From the NCBI RefSeq assembly GCF_006345805.1, contig NC_042997.1, positions 51,088,001 through 51,152,000 on the forward strand: a stretch of 64,000 nucleotides of DNA. The letters are read 5' to 3'. How positions within the stretch are numbered: position 1 is the first letter of the stretch; each line of letters begins with the position of its first letter. This document shows positions 12,801 to 23,784 of this stretch, piece by piece. The notes under the pieces are model-generated. The model did not search any database, was not told where the DNA came from, and worked only from the letters and a program-made list of their open reading frames with translations. The position numbers and the translations under genes are program-made. Source of the stretch: Octopus sinensis. Its lineage: Eukaryota.

Positions 12801-13874
12801 CAATCTCTCGCGCCTGCGTGCCAAGACCAAAATCAGAAACGTCCTGATCAAGGAGATGTTATTTGCTGATGATGCCACTCTGGTAACACACACAGAAGAA
12901 GCCCTCCAAAGGCTCATTAACTGTTTTGAGCAAGCATGTAACGACTTTGGCTTAGCTATCAGCCTAAAGAAGACCAACATCATGGGCCAGGCTACATCGG
13001 ACATCCCAAACATACATATTGGAGACCACAGATTACAAGAGGTGGAGAAGTTTACCTATCTGGGCTCTACCGTCACCTACAACCTATCCCTTGACGCTGA
13101 GCTCAATATACGCATTGGCAAGGCAGCTGCTGCGATGGCCCAACTCTCCAAACGGGCTTGGGACAACAATAAGCTGACCAAGACCACGAAAATGAAGATC
13201 TACCAGGCATGTGTACTCAGCACTCTACTGTATGGAAGCGAGACCTGGACGCTATACACACGCCAAGAGCGTCGCCTAAACATCTTTCACCTGCGCTGCC
13301 TCCGAAAAATCCTCCGCATCAAATGGCAGAATCATATCCCCAACAAAGATGTCCTCAGGCAAGCAGGAATACCAAGCATGTTTGCACTCCTCACACAAAG
13401 ACGTATGAGATGGCTTGGGCATGTTAGCTGTATGAAAGATGGCAGAATCCCCTAGGACATACTCTACAGAGAGCTTGCTAGGGGTACTAAGTCTGTGGGT
13501 AGACCGATCTTACGTTACAAGGATGTTTGCAAAAGGGACATGAAGGCCTGCAACATCAATATTAGCGGTTGGGAGGCAGTTGCCGGCAACCATGGAGAAT
13601 GGCGACGTTCCGTTAAAGAGGGAATACAAAGGAGTGACAGAGAGAGAGAGAGAGGAGAAATGGAAAGAAAGGAAGAGACGTAAACAAGAGACTATGGCAC
13701 TACAACCAGCCAGGAACAGTCTTCGCTACATTTGCGGTACCTGCCAGAGGGAGTGTTTGTCCAGGATAGGACTACACAGCCACAGCAGGAAATGTATCAG
13801 GACATGAAATATAAAAGCCGGACTAGACTACTTCATGCGCAACTCCATTGTCTCCCGAGACAGAAAGGATGCCA
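9866..13874 (+). mobile_element. RTE-clade LINE, near full length, decayed
   Basis: APE endonuclease (ASWNVRTM, GLQEIR, LLGDFNAHVG, SADCDTDH), RT (FIDLTKAFDSV, GVKQGC, FADD) and terminal CxxC...HSRKC. Contains stops and frameshifts; sits in (TTA)n between two Dong copies. Confidence 0.92.
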
Positions 13875-13900
13875 ATACAATATTATTACTATTATTATTA

Positions 13901-14485
13901 TTTTTATAGCGTGCTTTCACTTCACTACCGAGCGCAGCTCTGTGTGCCTTGGGTATGTGCTGTGATTTGTTGTGATGCTCTGATGGTTATTGTATGGAAA
14001 GTGTTCTGCGTAGGATGTGTGCAGTGCCTAGTAGTGCAATTTTCTGTATGTTATATGTGTTTGTAAGTCCTGGTGTTTTTGTTATGTATTTGTCTGAATA
14101 TTTTTTTTATCATGCCTAATGCACCTACTATGATAGGAATTGTTTCTGTTTTTAGATTCCACATTCTGGTTACCTCTATTTCCAGGTCTTTGTATTTTGA
14201 AAGTTTCTCCATTTCTTTTAGAGACACGTTGTCATCTGCCGGTATTGATACATCAATTAGAAAGCATTTTTTTTTCTTCATGATCTCTGACAACTATATC
14301 TGGTTTGTTGTTCTTAATTTCTCTATGTGTGTATCGGCATATCCCAGAGTATGGTTGCTTTCTCGTTTTCTGTGACCTTTTCTGGTGTGTGCCTATACCA
14401 TCTTTTTTCTGTTGTTATTCCATAATGTTGGCATAGCTTCCAGTGTATGTAGGTTCTAACTCTGTCATGTCTGTGAATATATTCC
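13901..14485 (-). mobile_element. 5'-truncated Dong family A copy (REL domain and 3' UTR)
   Basis: Nearly identical to 5880-6470; (TAA)n tail. Confidence 0.9.
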
Positions 14486-14544
14486 TTCTTCTTCTTCTTC
14501 TTCTTCTTGTTATTATTATTATTAAAACACCAAACTGGCTGTTT

Positions 14545-14745
14545 TACATAAGCACACCAGACAAAATGCTTAGCGGTATTTCTGCTGGGTTTAAGTTCTG
14601 AGTTCAAATACCTACAAAGTCAACTTTGTCTTTCATCCTTCCATGGGTGATGAACTAAGTGTCAGTTGAACACTGGGGTTAATGTAATAGCCCCTCCCCC
14701 AAACTTCAGACCTTGTACCTATAGTAGAAAGGATTATTATTATTA
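14545..14745 (+). mobile_element. SINE (family also at ~15455-15660 minus, ~16235-16400 plus, ~34976-35255 plus, ~38690-38880 minus)
   Basis: Shared gttctgagttcaaat...tttgtctttcatcc...cttgtacct body and (ATT)n tail among the copies. Confidence 0.7.
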
Positions 14746-14792
14746 TTATTATTGTTGTTGTTATATGCATACATATATAAAATGATACTGAC

Positions 14793-14943
14793 TTGGATCC
14801 TGTTTCTGTAAGAAACTGCCTCACAAGTTCTTTGATATGTGTAATATTTCGACCGACTTGCAGAATGGATTCATTTTCTTCAGTTTTAGCATAATCAAAA
14901 GGATAAACATATTCAGGTCCAACATGTTTTTTACCAATTATTC
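14793..14943 (-). CDS. SGSH: SGSH coding exon 4 (151 bp)
   Basis: (G)[49 protein letters not shown](K). Acceptor ttgttatag, donor gtcagt; phase 1 in, phase 2 out. Confidence 0.96.
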
Positions 14944-14975
14944 CTATAACAAAGAAAAAGAAACAATTTTCATCA

Positions 14976-15173
14976 GTAAACGGCCATATCACGTTGAAAG
15001 CACCGGTTCTCATCTGATCACCAAAGTTAAGCAACATCGAGCCTAGTCAGTACTTAGGTGGGTGACCGCTTGGGAAACCTAGGAGCAGTAAGCATAGCAC
15101 ATTGTCCAGCGGTGGTGCCCCAGCATGGCCGCAGCCTTCGGGCTGAAACATTTTAAAGGATTTTTAAGGATTT
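14976..15173 (+). mobile_element. 5S rRNA-derived SINE (SINE3-like) or 5S retropseudogene with LINE-type tail
   Basis: 14976-15093 aligns by eye to a full 5S rRNA (cggccatatcacgttgaaagcaccggttctc...agttaagcaac...gggtgaccgc.tgggaa). There is no oligo-T terminator; the shared SINE tail and ttttaagga repeats follow. Confidence 0.8.
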
Positions 15174-17004
15174 AAGTAATTAATTTTCATTTCTTTCATA
15201 GATTTTTTCCCTCTGTATGACTACAGTAACACCAAGTCACAGCCGACTGTGTTAGTATAGGACCAGGTTATTAGTTTCTGTCTTTTGCCCATTGCTAATG
15301 CTACTTTTTTCCATGGTATTGATCTTTCCTCTGGCCCAGTCATATGTATTTTTTTAAACTACAGTAATATTGAGTCAAGTGTTTAGCTTGCAATGTTGAA
15401 TTAAAGCTCTTCAATGGATAAAGCCTTTGAGACAAAATATTGGTTTCAAAATTTAGTACAAGGCCAGCAATGTTGGTGGAGGGGGTATGTCGATTACATC
15501 AACCCCAGTGTTCAACTGATACTTATTTTATTGACTTGTGAAAGGATGCAAGGCAAAGTGGACTTCAGTGAAATTAGAACTCAGAATGTAAAGACAGGCA
15601 AAATGCAGCTAAACATTTTGCCCGGCATGCTAACAATTCTGCCAGCTCACCACCTTCCTTAGAAACAAAATATTGCAAGCTGAAACAAGACTGGTTTCAG
15701 GTCCCCAAGGAGGAACTTCTCTCAAGATCCAAGTAGCTGTAAATTGTCTTTTTGGAGGGCCTGCCAGATATTTATAGGCCCTACCAAGGTTCTCCATGAA
15801 CATGGACAAATATACTGTGTTGTCTTAAGGCAAGAGTGTACTGGGCAGTTGCCTGGGGATCTCATAAATCTAGGGGTTTAATTCTACTCTATATATGCTG
15901 TGACTTGCTGTCAATAAATAAATACTATAGAGTGCAGGGTATTGATTTGTCTGCAGGCATCACAGATCTTTGTATCTATGTAGTTTTAGGTTCAGTTCCA
16001 GTGCACAGCACCTTAGACAAATGTCATATACTCTGGCCTCATTTGGAAAATGGAACCATACAACAGCTCATATCTTGCTTCAAATGACTTGTTTTCTGTA
16101 GCTGTTCTTGCAATCACATGTCCATCCATAGGTATGGTGTTTTAGTGAAGAACTGGTCCCTTCCCAGCACAATTTTCATTCTAGTTTCTTTATTATTATT
16201 TAATTTATAAGTTGGAAAAACTGATTTATAGTATCTTTTCCAATTCATTATGTTCTGAGTTCAAATTCTGCTGAGGTCAACTTTACCTTTCATCCTGTAA
16301 GAGTAAACAAAATAAGTACCAGTTGAACTCTGAGGTTACTGTAATTGACCTTACCCACTCACCTAAAATTGCAGGCCTTGTGCCAAAATTTAAATCCATT
16401 ACTTAATCTATAGATATTCTATTTACTTAAAGCTTTTTCAGTGTTATTAGAATACATCCTCACTTTAACGAAGATGACGTAATAATAATAATCTCCTAAT
16501 ATAATAATGAGCATAGTGTTGTTTTTATATATTTGCATATACATATATATATATATATATATATATTTGTTCAAAATCACACAGAGTAGTATAAATGGAG
16601 AGGAGAGAAAATAGTAATTCAGTGAAGAAGAAGTAGTGAGAGTAATAGCCCTGACTGAGAGGGAGTGAGAGAAAGTAATAGCAATGAGAGAGAGGAAGTG
16701 GCAAAGAGTGCATCGTATATCTTCTGTTTTTCTCTGTCACAACATATGAATGAGAAAGGAAGGGGTGATAGATGAATAATGAAGGAAGGGGTGAAAAAAT
16801 AAAAACCTGTGTTTCAACTCTGTGTGAGTATATGTGTGTATGTGTGTGCATGTACAAAGAAAGTATGTGAATGTTTGTATCTCTGATTATTATGTATCCT
16901 GTTTTGTATCGTATTTATATATAAAATACTACAAATAGCCATCATTTTTGACAGCATGTGGCCAGCTAGTAATAATAATAATAATAATATAAATATTTTC
17001 TCAC

Positions 17005-17138
17005 CTGTCCTTATGTTAGCTTTGCGTAAAATAAGAGGTAAACTTCTGACATCATCAAAAGAATTGAAGTGGTGTATTTTATGGTGAAGTCCATACATGC
17101 CATTTTGGTGCTGAGGCAACCCAGTTAGGATTGTAGAA
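17005..17138 (-). CDS. SGSH: SGSH coding exon 3 (134 bp)
   Basis: (R)[44 protein letters not shown](G). Acceptor ttcttacag, donor gtgaga; phase 2 in, phase 1 out. Confidence 0.97.
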
Positions 17139-17150
17139 CTGTAAGAAAAA

Positions 17151-17451
17151 TCTTTATATATAAAAGTGAAGTTGTGTGAGTATCTGTCTCCTACGATTTA
17201 GATTCCTAACTACTCCCACATTTTGCGGTGCAGTTTAACCAAAAGTGAGTATCTTATAGTCGTGATTCATATCGAGCCCTTCTGGGTATTAGCGCGCGTC
17301 TACGATGAGTCTACAATTTAAAAAAAATTTACCATCATTTTTTCCCATTTTTAATGCATTTTTTGCTATTATATAAGGGAAGTAATTCTCTAAAAATGCT
17401 TATATAGTTATTTCCCTTACAAACCCGAGCAACGCCGGGCGATACTGCTAG
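17151..17451 (+). mobile_element. Non-autonomous Helitron
   Basis: A|TC start, subterminal hairpin cccgagcaacgccggg, CTAG|T end; same termini as 47721-48355 and 25447-25838. Confidence 0.88.
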
Positions 17452-17566
17452 TATGACATAAAATAAAAACGTGATTAAAACATCCATCCAAAGAATATAT
17501 GTAGCGCAAAAAGTGAATATTGAATATGGAGTTTATAGAACCATGATTAATAAGACAGTTGTCTTC

Positions 17567-17930
17567 TTATTACTTCTGCCTTAGCGAAGGTGGAGGTATT
17601 GTTTTCAGTTGTGTTTGTTTGTCCATGGACAAAATATCTCAAGAACCGCCAGATGGATTCAGATGAAACTTTCGGGGATGTTTGGTCTTGTGACTCGCAT
17701 GAGCGATTAGGTTTTGGGATCAATCTGGTGCAGGACAAGGATTCTGGATTATTTTTCTTGTATTTTTACTTAATTTTTGAGAGTGGTTGGGTTCATTTTT
17801 AGTATTCTCACTTGTGAGAGCAGTCAAATTTATTTCAGACATTCTCATTTTAAAAATCATCTCTGGCTAATCGTTGAGAGGACGTTGATGTTGCACAGGT
17901 AGAAATTTGCACTTGTTGAGTGCTCTTGTT
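17567..17930 (+). mobile_element. Helentron/DINE-1-like non-autonomous element
   Basis: 5' ttattacttctgccttagcgaaggtggagg sub-terminal repeat; 3' hairpin gcact-tgttg-agtgc followed by tcttgtt. Confidence 0.55.
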
Positions 17931-18029
17931 AATTCTAAATTCATAGCCCAACACACCCAACAGTAAGAATTAACAGCCAAGTACATTAAAGTGGTAGAGT
18001 TAATAATGATTTTTTTTTTTTTATATTCA

Positions 18030-18355
18030 TTTCAGTCTTTAGCTACTGTCTTGAAGAATTTTTAGCCAAATGAATCAACCCCAGTACTTTTTTTTAAAGC
18101 CTTTGTACTTATTCTATCAATCTTTTTTGTTGAACCACTAAGTTATGGGGCTGTAAACACACCAACACCACTTGCCAAGTGGTTGTGAGGGACAAACACA
18201 GACACAGAGGCACACCCATACACACACACACACATATATATATAAGGTTTTGATTAACCCAAGGCTAGGGTAAAAGATATTTCATCAGATGGCGTATAGT
18301 GGGATCAAACCTGGGATCTCATGATTATGGAGCAAACCTCTAACCCAGCAGTCCA
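18030..18355 (-). mobile_element. tRNA-derived SINE, decayed
   Basis: Homologous to the 22500-22930 copy (ttattctatc...aaacacacc...ggacaaacacagacac); B-box-like sequence on the minus strand. Confidence 0.65.
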
Positions 18356-18802
18356 CAGTTTCATGCAAGACCTTTTCCCTTGGACCGAATGAAATGTGTA
18401 GCAAAACAATAAATTGCACAATATATAATGACACTATTACACATATAACTCATATACATGACATATGATACATATGTAAGGCAAAAACACCCTGCAAACT
18501 ACAAGAGTCAATAAACTAGAAATCAAAATTTTAAAATTAATTCTTTCTGTGTGGCTTGATACCAAATGATCCATGGTCCTGTGCTGATCCACAGCTTAAA
18601 GGTTGGGGACCCCTGTTCTAAAACCATTCAGTTATGCTACACATGCAAATGTACACATGTGCACACACACATGCACACAGAAACATACATACACATTACA
18701 CTTTCTCAGTGTAATCTAGTTTACAAAATGTAACTTGAAATGATAGATGTAAATAGGACACTGAAAGGTTGATGCTTTTGTAGTAAATTAGTGTATGCTT
18801 AC

Positions 18803-18935
18803 CGACTTGGAGAGCAGCTGCTGACTGATGCATAAGCTCTGTTAAAGACCACGCTCCGTTTTGCTAATTGATTAAGATTGGGAGTTTTACAAACCTTGTT
18901 GTTGTATATTTGGCTTTCAAAACCAGCATCATCTC
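18803..18935 (-). CDS. SGSH: SGSH coding exon 2 (133 bp), contains the sulfatase CSPSR formylglycine motif
   Basis: (G)DDAGFESQIYNNKVCKTPNLNQLAKRSVVFNRAYASVSSCSPS(R). Acceptor ttctgacag, donor gtaagc; phase 1 in, phase 2 out. Confidence 0.97.
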
Positions 18936-18998
18936 CTGTCAGAAAGTATGAATTAAAATATGTAATATTTGATCAAGGTTTTAGAAATATATATATAT

Positions 18999-19120
18999 AT
19001 ACCGGAGTAAACACATAAATGTGAAACAAGGTGGAAAAAAGAGTACTCAAATACCAGAGGTTGAGTAATATGCTTTATTTAAAAGCAGCAGAAATTTAAC
19101 AAAAGTTGTTACTCAGAGTG
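18999..19120 (-). repeat. Penelope-type pLTR tail fragment (3' half of a hammerhead only)
   Basis: Minus strand gACACTCTGAGTAACA...ttctgctgcttttaaataaag matches the plus-strand copy at 20666-20716. Confidence 0.55.
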
Positions 19121-19138
19121 TCACATTCATATATATTT

Positions 19139-19206
<68 letters not shown>

Positions 19207-19518
19207 AATATATATGAATGTGCATGAGTCATCTAAGATACCATAAGTCAGGGAGAAGATGCTCTCTTATATCTGTCAGTAGAGTGGGTATATTATCTAA
19301 AATGTATAGTATTAAATATAAATCACAGGAGCACCACATTAATAATGCACACTTTCCCCACTTCAAGATAGCTCTTGCTGGCTTCACAGCATATCTAACC
19401 AAGGGACATAATTCCTAAACTAATCCCCCGGCCCTTTTTACATTCCACCACATTTCTCACATCAATCACTAATCCACCTCTGACAATAGAGAGCAGTCGC
19501 CATAGTCCCTTCCATATC

Positions 19519-19611
19519 GGCTAACTCTGATGAGCATAAAGTTATATAATCGGTTTGTTACCTAACACTCCATTGTATTCTTTATGCGAAACTGATTGGT
19601 AAGACCAGCTG
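19519..19611 (+). ncRNA. Degenerate type I hammerhead ribozyme
   Basis: CTGATGA 19527-33; stem II gcataaag/ctttatgc (8 bp); GAAA 19588-91; stem III actgattggt; GTA cleavage triplet; imperfect stem I. Confidence 0.7.
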
Positions 19612-19629
19612 TGATGGATATTTAATACA

Positions 19630-20035
<406 letters not shown>

Positions 20036-20470
20036 TGTCATCATCATCATCCTCATCATTTAACATCCGTTTTCCATGCTGGCATGGATTAGATGGTTTG
20101 ACTGAAAACTGGTAAGCTGGGGAGTTGCACCAGGTTCCAGTCTGGTTTGGCATGGTTTCTACTGCTGGATGCCCTTCCTAACACCAACCACTCCAAGAGT
20201 GCAATCGGTGCTTTTTACATGACACTGGCCACAACTATGATTTCACTTGGCTTGACAAGTCTTCTCAAGCACAGCATATCCCCAAAGGTCTTGGTCAGTT
20301 GTTGTCACCTCCATGAGGTCCAACATTCAAAGGTTGTTTCATCACTTTTCCCCTCACCTGTGTGAGGCCCAATATTCAAAGTTTATACTACTGGAAACAG
20401 CCATGATTATGATTTCATGTGTGCCATTTACAAGACACCAGCAACAGTCACAAATACTATTTCACTTGGC
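20036..20470 (-). mobile_element. 3' fragment of an RTE-type LINE with (GAT)n tail
   Basis: Decayed C-terminus (..DQDLWGYAVLEKTCQAK*) and a 3' UTR shared with 22200-22367. Confidence 0.7.
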
Positions 20471-20640
20471 CTATATATATATATATATATATATATACAT
20501 ACCGGAGTAAACACATAAATGTGAAACAAGGTGGAAAAATTGACCGTTATTTGTAAAGGACCAATCAGACAAGTCCATTTTTAAAGGTGTAGCGATTATA
20601 CTAGTCTGGATAGAATTGACATATCGGTTCTATTCTAGCA

Positions 20641-20687
20641 AAAACTGTCCGACGAACGGCAACGCGAAACTCAGAGTAACAGGTTTT
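20641..20687 (+). ncRNA. Minimal type I hammerhead variant (core CCGACGA) in a Penelope-type pLTR
   Basis: Stem I aaaactgt/acag(g)tttt; CCGACGA 20649-55; short stem II cg-gcaa-cg; GAAA 20666-69; stem III actc-a-gagt; GTA triplet. Confidence 0.6.
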
Positions 20688-20714
20688 GTGGAATTTTCTG
20701 CTGCTTTAAATAAA

Positions 20715-20788
<74 letters not shown>

Positions 20789-21027
20789 GTATAGTAGAAA
20801 TATGTTACAAAAAGAAAATATAAAATACACGTGGAAATGTAAGGGGAAAATATGAAAAATCAACGAAAATGCACATTGTAAATAAAAAAAGAAAAGGCTT
20901 TTTATGACAGGTAACGACAAATATATACATTTAGATGGACTGAGGTAGTAATAAAAGTCATAAAAGTCATTATTATGAGATGATTAAAAAACAAAGCATA
21001 CCATGGTTTCATTCATTGCTATGTATG

Positions 21028-21175
<148 letters not shown>

Positions 21176-21179
21176 TATA

Positions 21180-21224
<45 letters not shown>

Positions 21225-21225
21225 A

Positions 21226-21782
21226 TATTGGGTTGTCCGGAAAGTTTGTGCTGATTTATAGTAGCTTACCTTTCAACTTATTTTAGAACATGGTTGAGTC
21301 CATAAAATAGGATTTGACTACACCTCCATTTAGAGCACAGTTTAAGCTGTCTTTTCGTGGAAGAAGGTTTATGAGTCCTATAACCTGTGTTAATTCTGTA
21401 ACCCTTTAAAATAGAAGATAAGAAAGTTCATTTTCGGCACTTGATGCTTTGGGAACCAGATAAAAATTGCTGCAGCTCAGCTGGGATGCGTTACCCCACC
21501 TTCCCTATTCCCCAGATATTGCTCCTTCGGATTTCCACTTATTCAGGTCTCTGCAGAATAGTCTTAATGGTAAAAATTTCAATTCCTTGGATGACGTAAA
21601 AAGATACCTTGATGAATTCTTTGCCATGAAACCACTTCAATTCTGGGAAGAGGGTATTTTCAAGTTAAAGGAAAGATGGAGACGCATTGTGCAACAAAAT
21701 GGTTCATATTTGGTCGATTAAAAATGTAATGGCAAGTATTTAGTGACCTTTTTCTTTCCTTTAAATATCAGCATGAACTTTC
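21226..21782 (+). mobile_element. Internally deleted mariner relic
   Basis: TA target plus TIR ttgggttgtccggaaagtt; ORF 21467-21721 with YSPDIAPSDFHLF...GIFKLKERW; partial right TIR. Confidence 0.88.
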
Positions 21783-21917
21783 TTATTGCTCTATACATTA
21801 ATGGTAAAATATCTCTTTACCTTCACCCATTTAGTACACTCAGTAATGTAATTGCAATGCAATAAAAAACACTTGTGTATTAATAATTGGGCATTCTACT
21901 AGCAGTATATTGGATCT

Positions 21918-22367
21918 GGCAACCGTGTCGGTGGCACGTAAAAGCACCATCCGTTCGTGTCCATTGCCAGCCTCGGCTGGCCCCCGTGCCGGTGACACGT
22001 AAAAGCACCGTCCATTCGTGGCCGTTTGCCAGCTCTGTTTGGCCCCGTGTCGGTGGCATGTAAAAGCACCATCCGTTCGTGTTCGTTGCCAGCCTCGGCT
22101 GGCCCCCGTGCCGGTGACATGTAAAAGCACCGTCCGTTCGTGGCCGTTTGCCAACTCTGTCTGGCACCTGTGCAGGTGGCACGTAAAAAACACCCACTAC
22201 ACTCGCGGAGTGGTTGGCGTTAGGAAGGGCATCCAGCCGTAGAAACACTGCCAGATCTGACTGGGCCTGACGAAGCCTTCCAGCTTCACAGACCCTAGTT
22301 GACCCGTCCAACCCATGCTAGCATGGAAATCGGACGCTAAATGATGATGATGATGATGATGATGATG
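21918..22367 (+). mobile_element. RTE-type 3' UTR element with a 61-bp tandem repeat and (GAT)n tail
   Basis: Four 61-62 bp units starting at 21931, 21992, 22053 and 22114, then ttggcgttaggaagggcatccagc...taaatgatgatg. Confidence 0.75.
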
Positions 22368-22499
22368 TATGTATGTATATGTATATATATATAGGTATTT
22401 TGGTGCAAACAAGAAAAATAGAACTCAAGTGCCAAAGCACGAAACTCTCGGAACTTGAGTCACTCTGTTTCTTCTGATAAATATATAACTATGTATATA

Positions 22500-22927
22500 T
22501 ATACTCTTTTACTTGTTTCAGTCATTTGACTGCGGCCATGCTGGAGCACCGCCCTTAATCGAGCAACTCGACTCCGGGACTTATTCTTTTGTAAGCCCAG
22601 TACTTATTCTATCAGTCTCTTTGTGTGTGTGTGTGTATTCTAGTGGGGTAGGCCGGTTTATAGGGTTATCATGGGGTAGCGGTAAAGAATACGCCTGCCA
22701 CCCGTTTTCGGCACAACGAAAACCCTAACAGGGACATAAACCCACCAGCATCGGTTGTCAAGCAATGCTAGGGGGACAAACACAGACACACACACATACA
22801 TATATATGTTTCCGTCTACCGAATCCACTCAGAAGGCATTGATCGGCCCAAGATGCCACGCAGTGGGACTGAACCCGGAACCACGTGGTTGGTTAGCAAG
22901 CTACTTAGCACACAGCCACTCCTGCGC

Positions 22928-22930
<3 letters not shown>
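22500..22930 (-). mobile_element. tRNA-derived SINE interrupted by a 107-bp insertion
   Basis: Shared 3' tail at 22515-22550; body resumes at 22730; tRNA-like head near 22860-22930. Confidence 0.75.
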
Positions 22931-22966
<36 letters not shown>

Positions 22967-23235
22967 TTAATAAGGGTGAGAGAATTAGATACTAATTTAA
23001 TAGTATATCTATTCTACACCAAGTGGCCTAGTGCTCCGAGAAACCTGGATTATTATAATATTTTACAATATATTATAATATTTTTACAAAATAAATATAA
23101 GAGAGTGGTCACTATATGGCTCACTCTAGCACCAGTTAATCCAAAAGGTTTCAACCACAAAAATACATGTTTCCCATGAAAGTCAGTACGATTGTTAGCT
23201 CACACGGACAGGGCAAATAAAAAATAACAAAAATA

Positions 23236-23331
23236 CAGATTATTTTGGGACAATTGTTTCGCTATTAATGAATTAAATGTAATTTTACTTACAAAAAAAT
23301 CCACTTGTAGCTCCTCAGCCAAAACTATCTG
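23236..23331 (-). ncRNA. Type I hammerhead ribozyme, sense to the SGSH pre-mRNA
   Basis: Exact reverse complement of 23689-23784. Confidence 0.85.
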
Positions 23332-23688
23332 GGAAACCTTTTGGATTAACTGGTGCTAGAGTGAGCCATATAGTGACCACTCTCTTATATTTATTTTGTA
23401 AAAATATTATAATATATTATAAAATATTATAATAATCCAGGTTTCTCGGAGCACTAGGCCACTTGGTGTAGAATAGATATACTATTAAATTAGTATCTAA
23501 TTCTCTCACCCTTATTAATTAATTATAATTATGCTGCATTTATTTCTAAATGCTGTATTTGTTTTCCGTGAAAATTTGGCGCGCTGTTAGTTGGGGCATT
23601 TGAATTATAACGTCGGATGTAATCAATTGAACCACACGCGTATTTATCGTTATGGTAAAATCTGGCGTGTGATTGAGTGGATTTCATC

Positions 23689-23784
23689 CAGATAGTTTTG
23701 GCTGAGGAGCTACAAGTGGATTTTTTTGTAAGTAAAATTACATTTAATTCATTAATAGCGAAACAATTGTCCCAAAATAATCTG
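23689..23784 (+). ncRNA. Type I hammerhead ribozyme
   Basis: Stem I cagatagttttgg/ccaaaataatctg (13 positions, 1 mismatch, 1 G-U); CTGAGGA 23702-08; stem II gcta/tagc; GAAA 23760-63; palindromic stem III ACAATTGT; GTC cleavage after 23771. Confidence 0.85.

Noticed and set aside
14976-15093. Functional 5S rRNA gene
   Set aside because: Solitary, diverged, lacks the oligo-T terminator and is fused to a SINE tail.
22261-22300. CTGACGA followed by a small hairpin
   Set aside because: No GAAA after the stem, so not a hammerhead.
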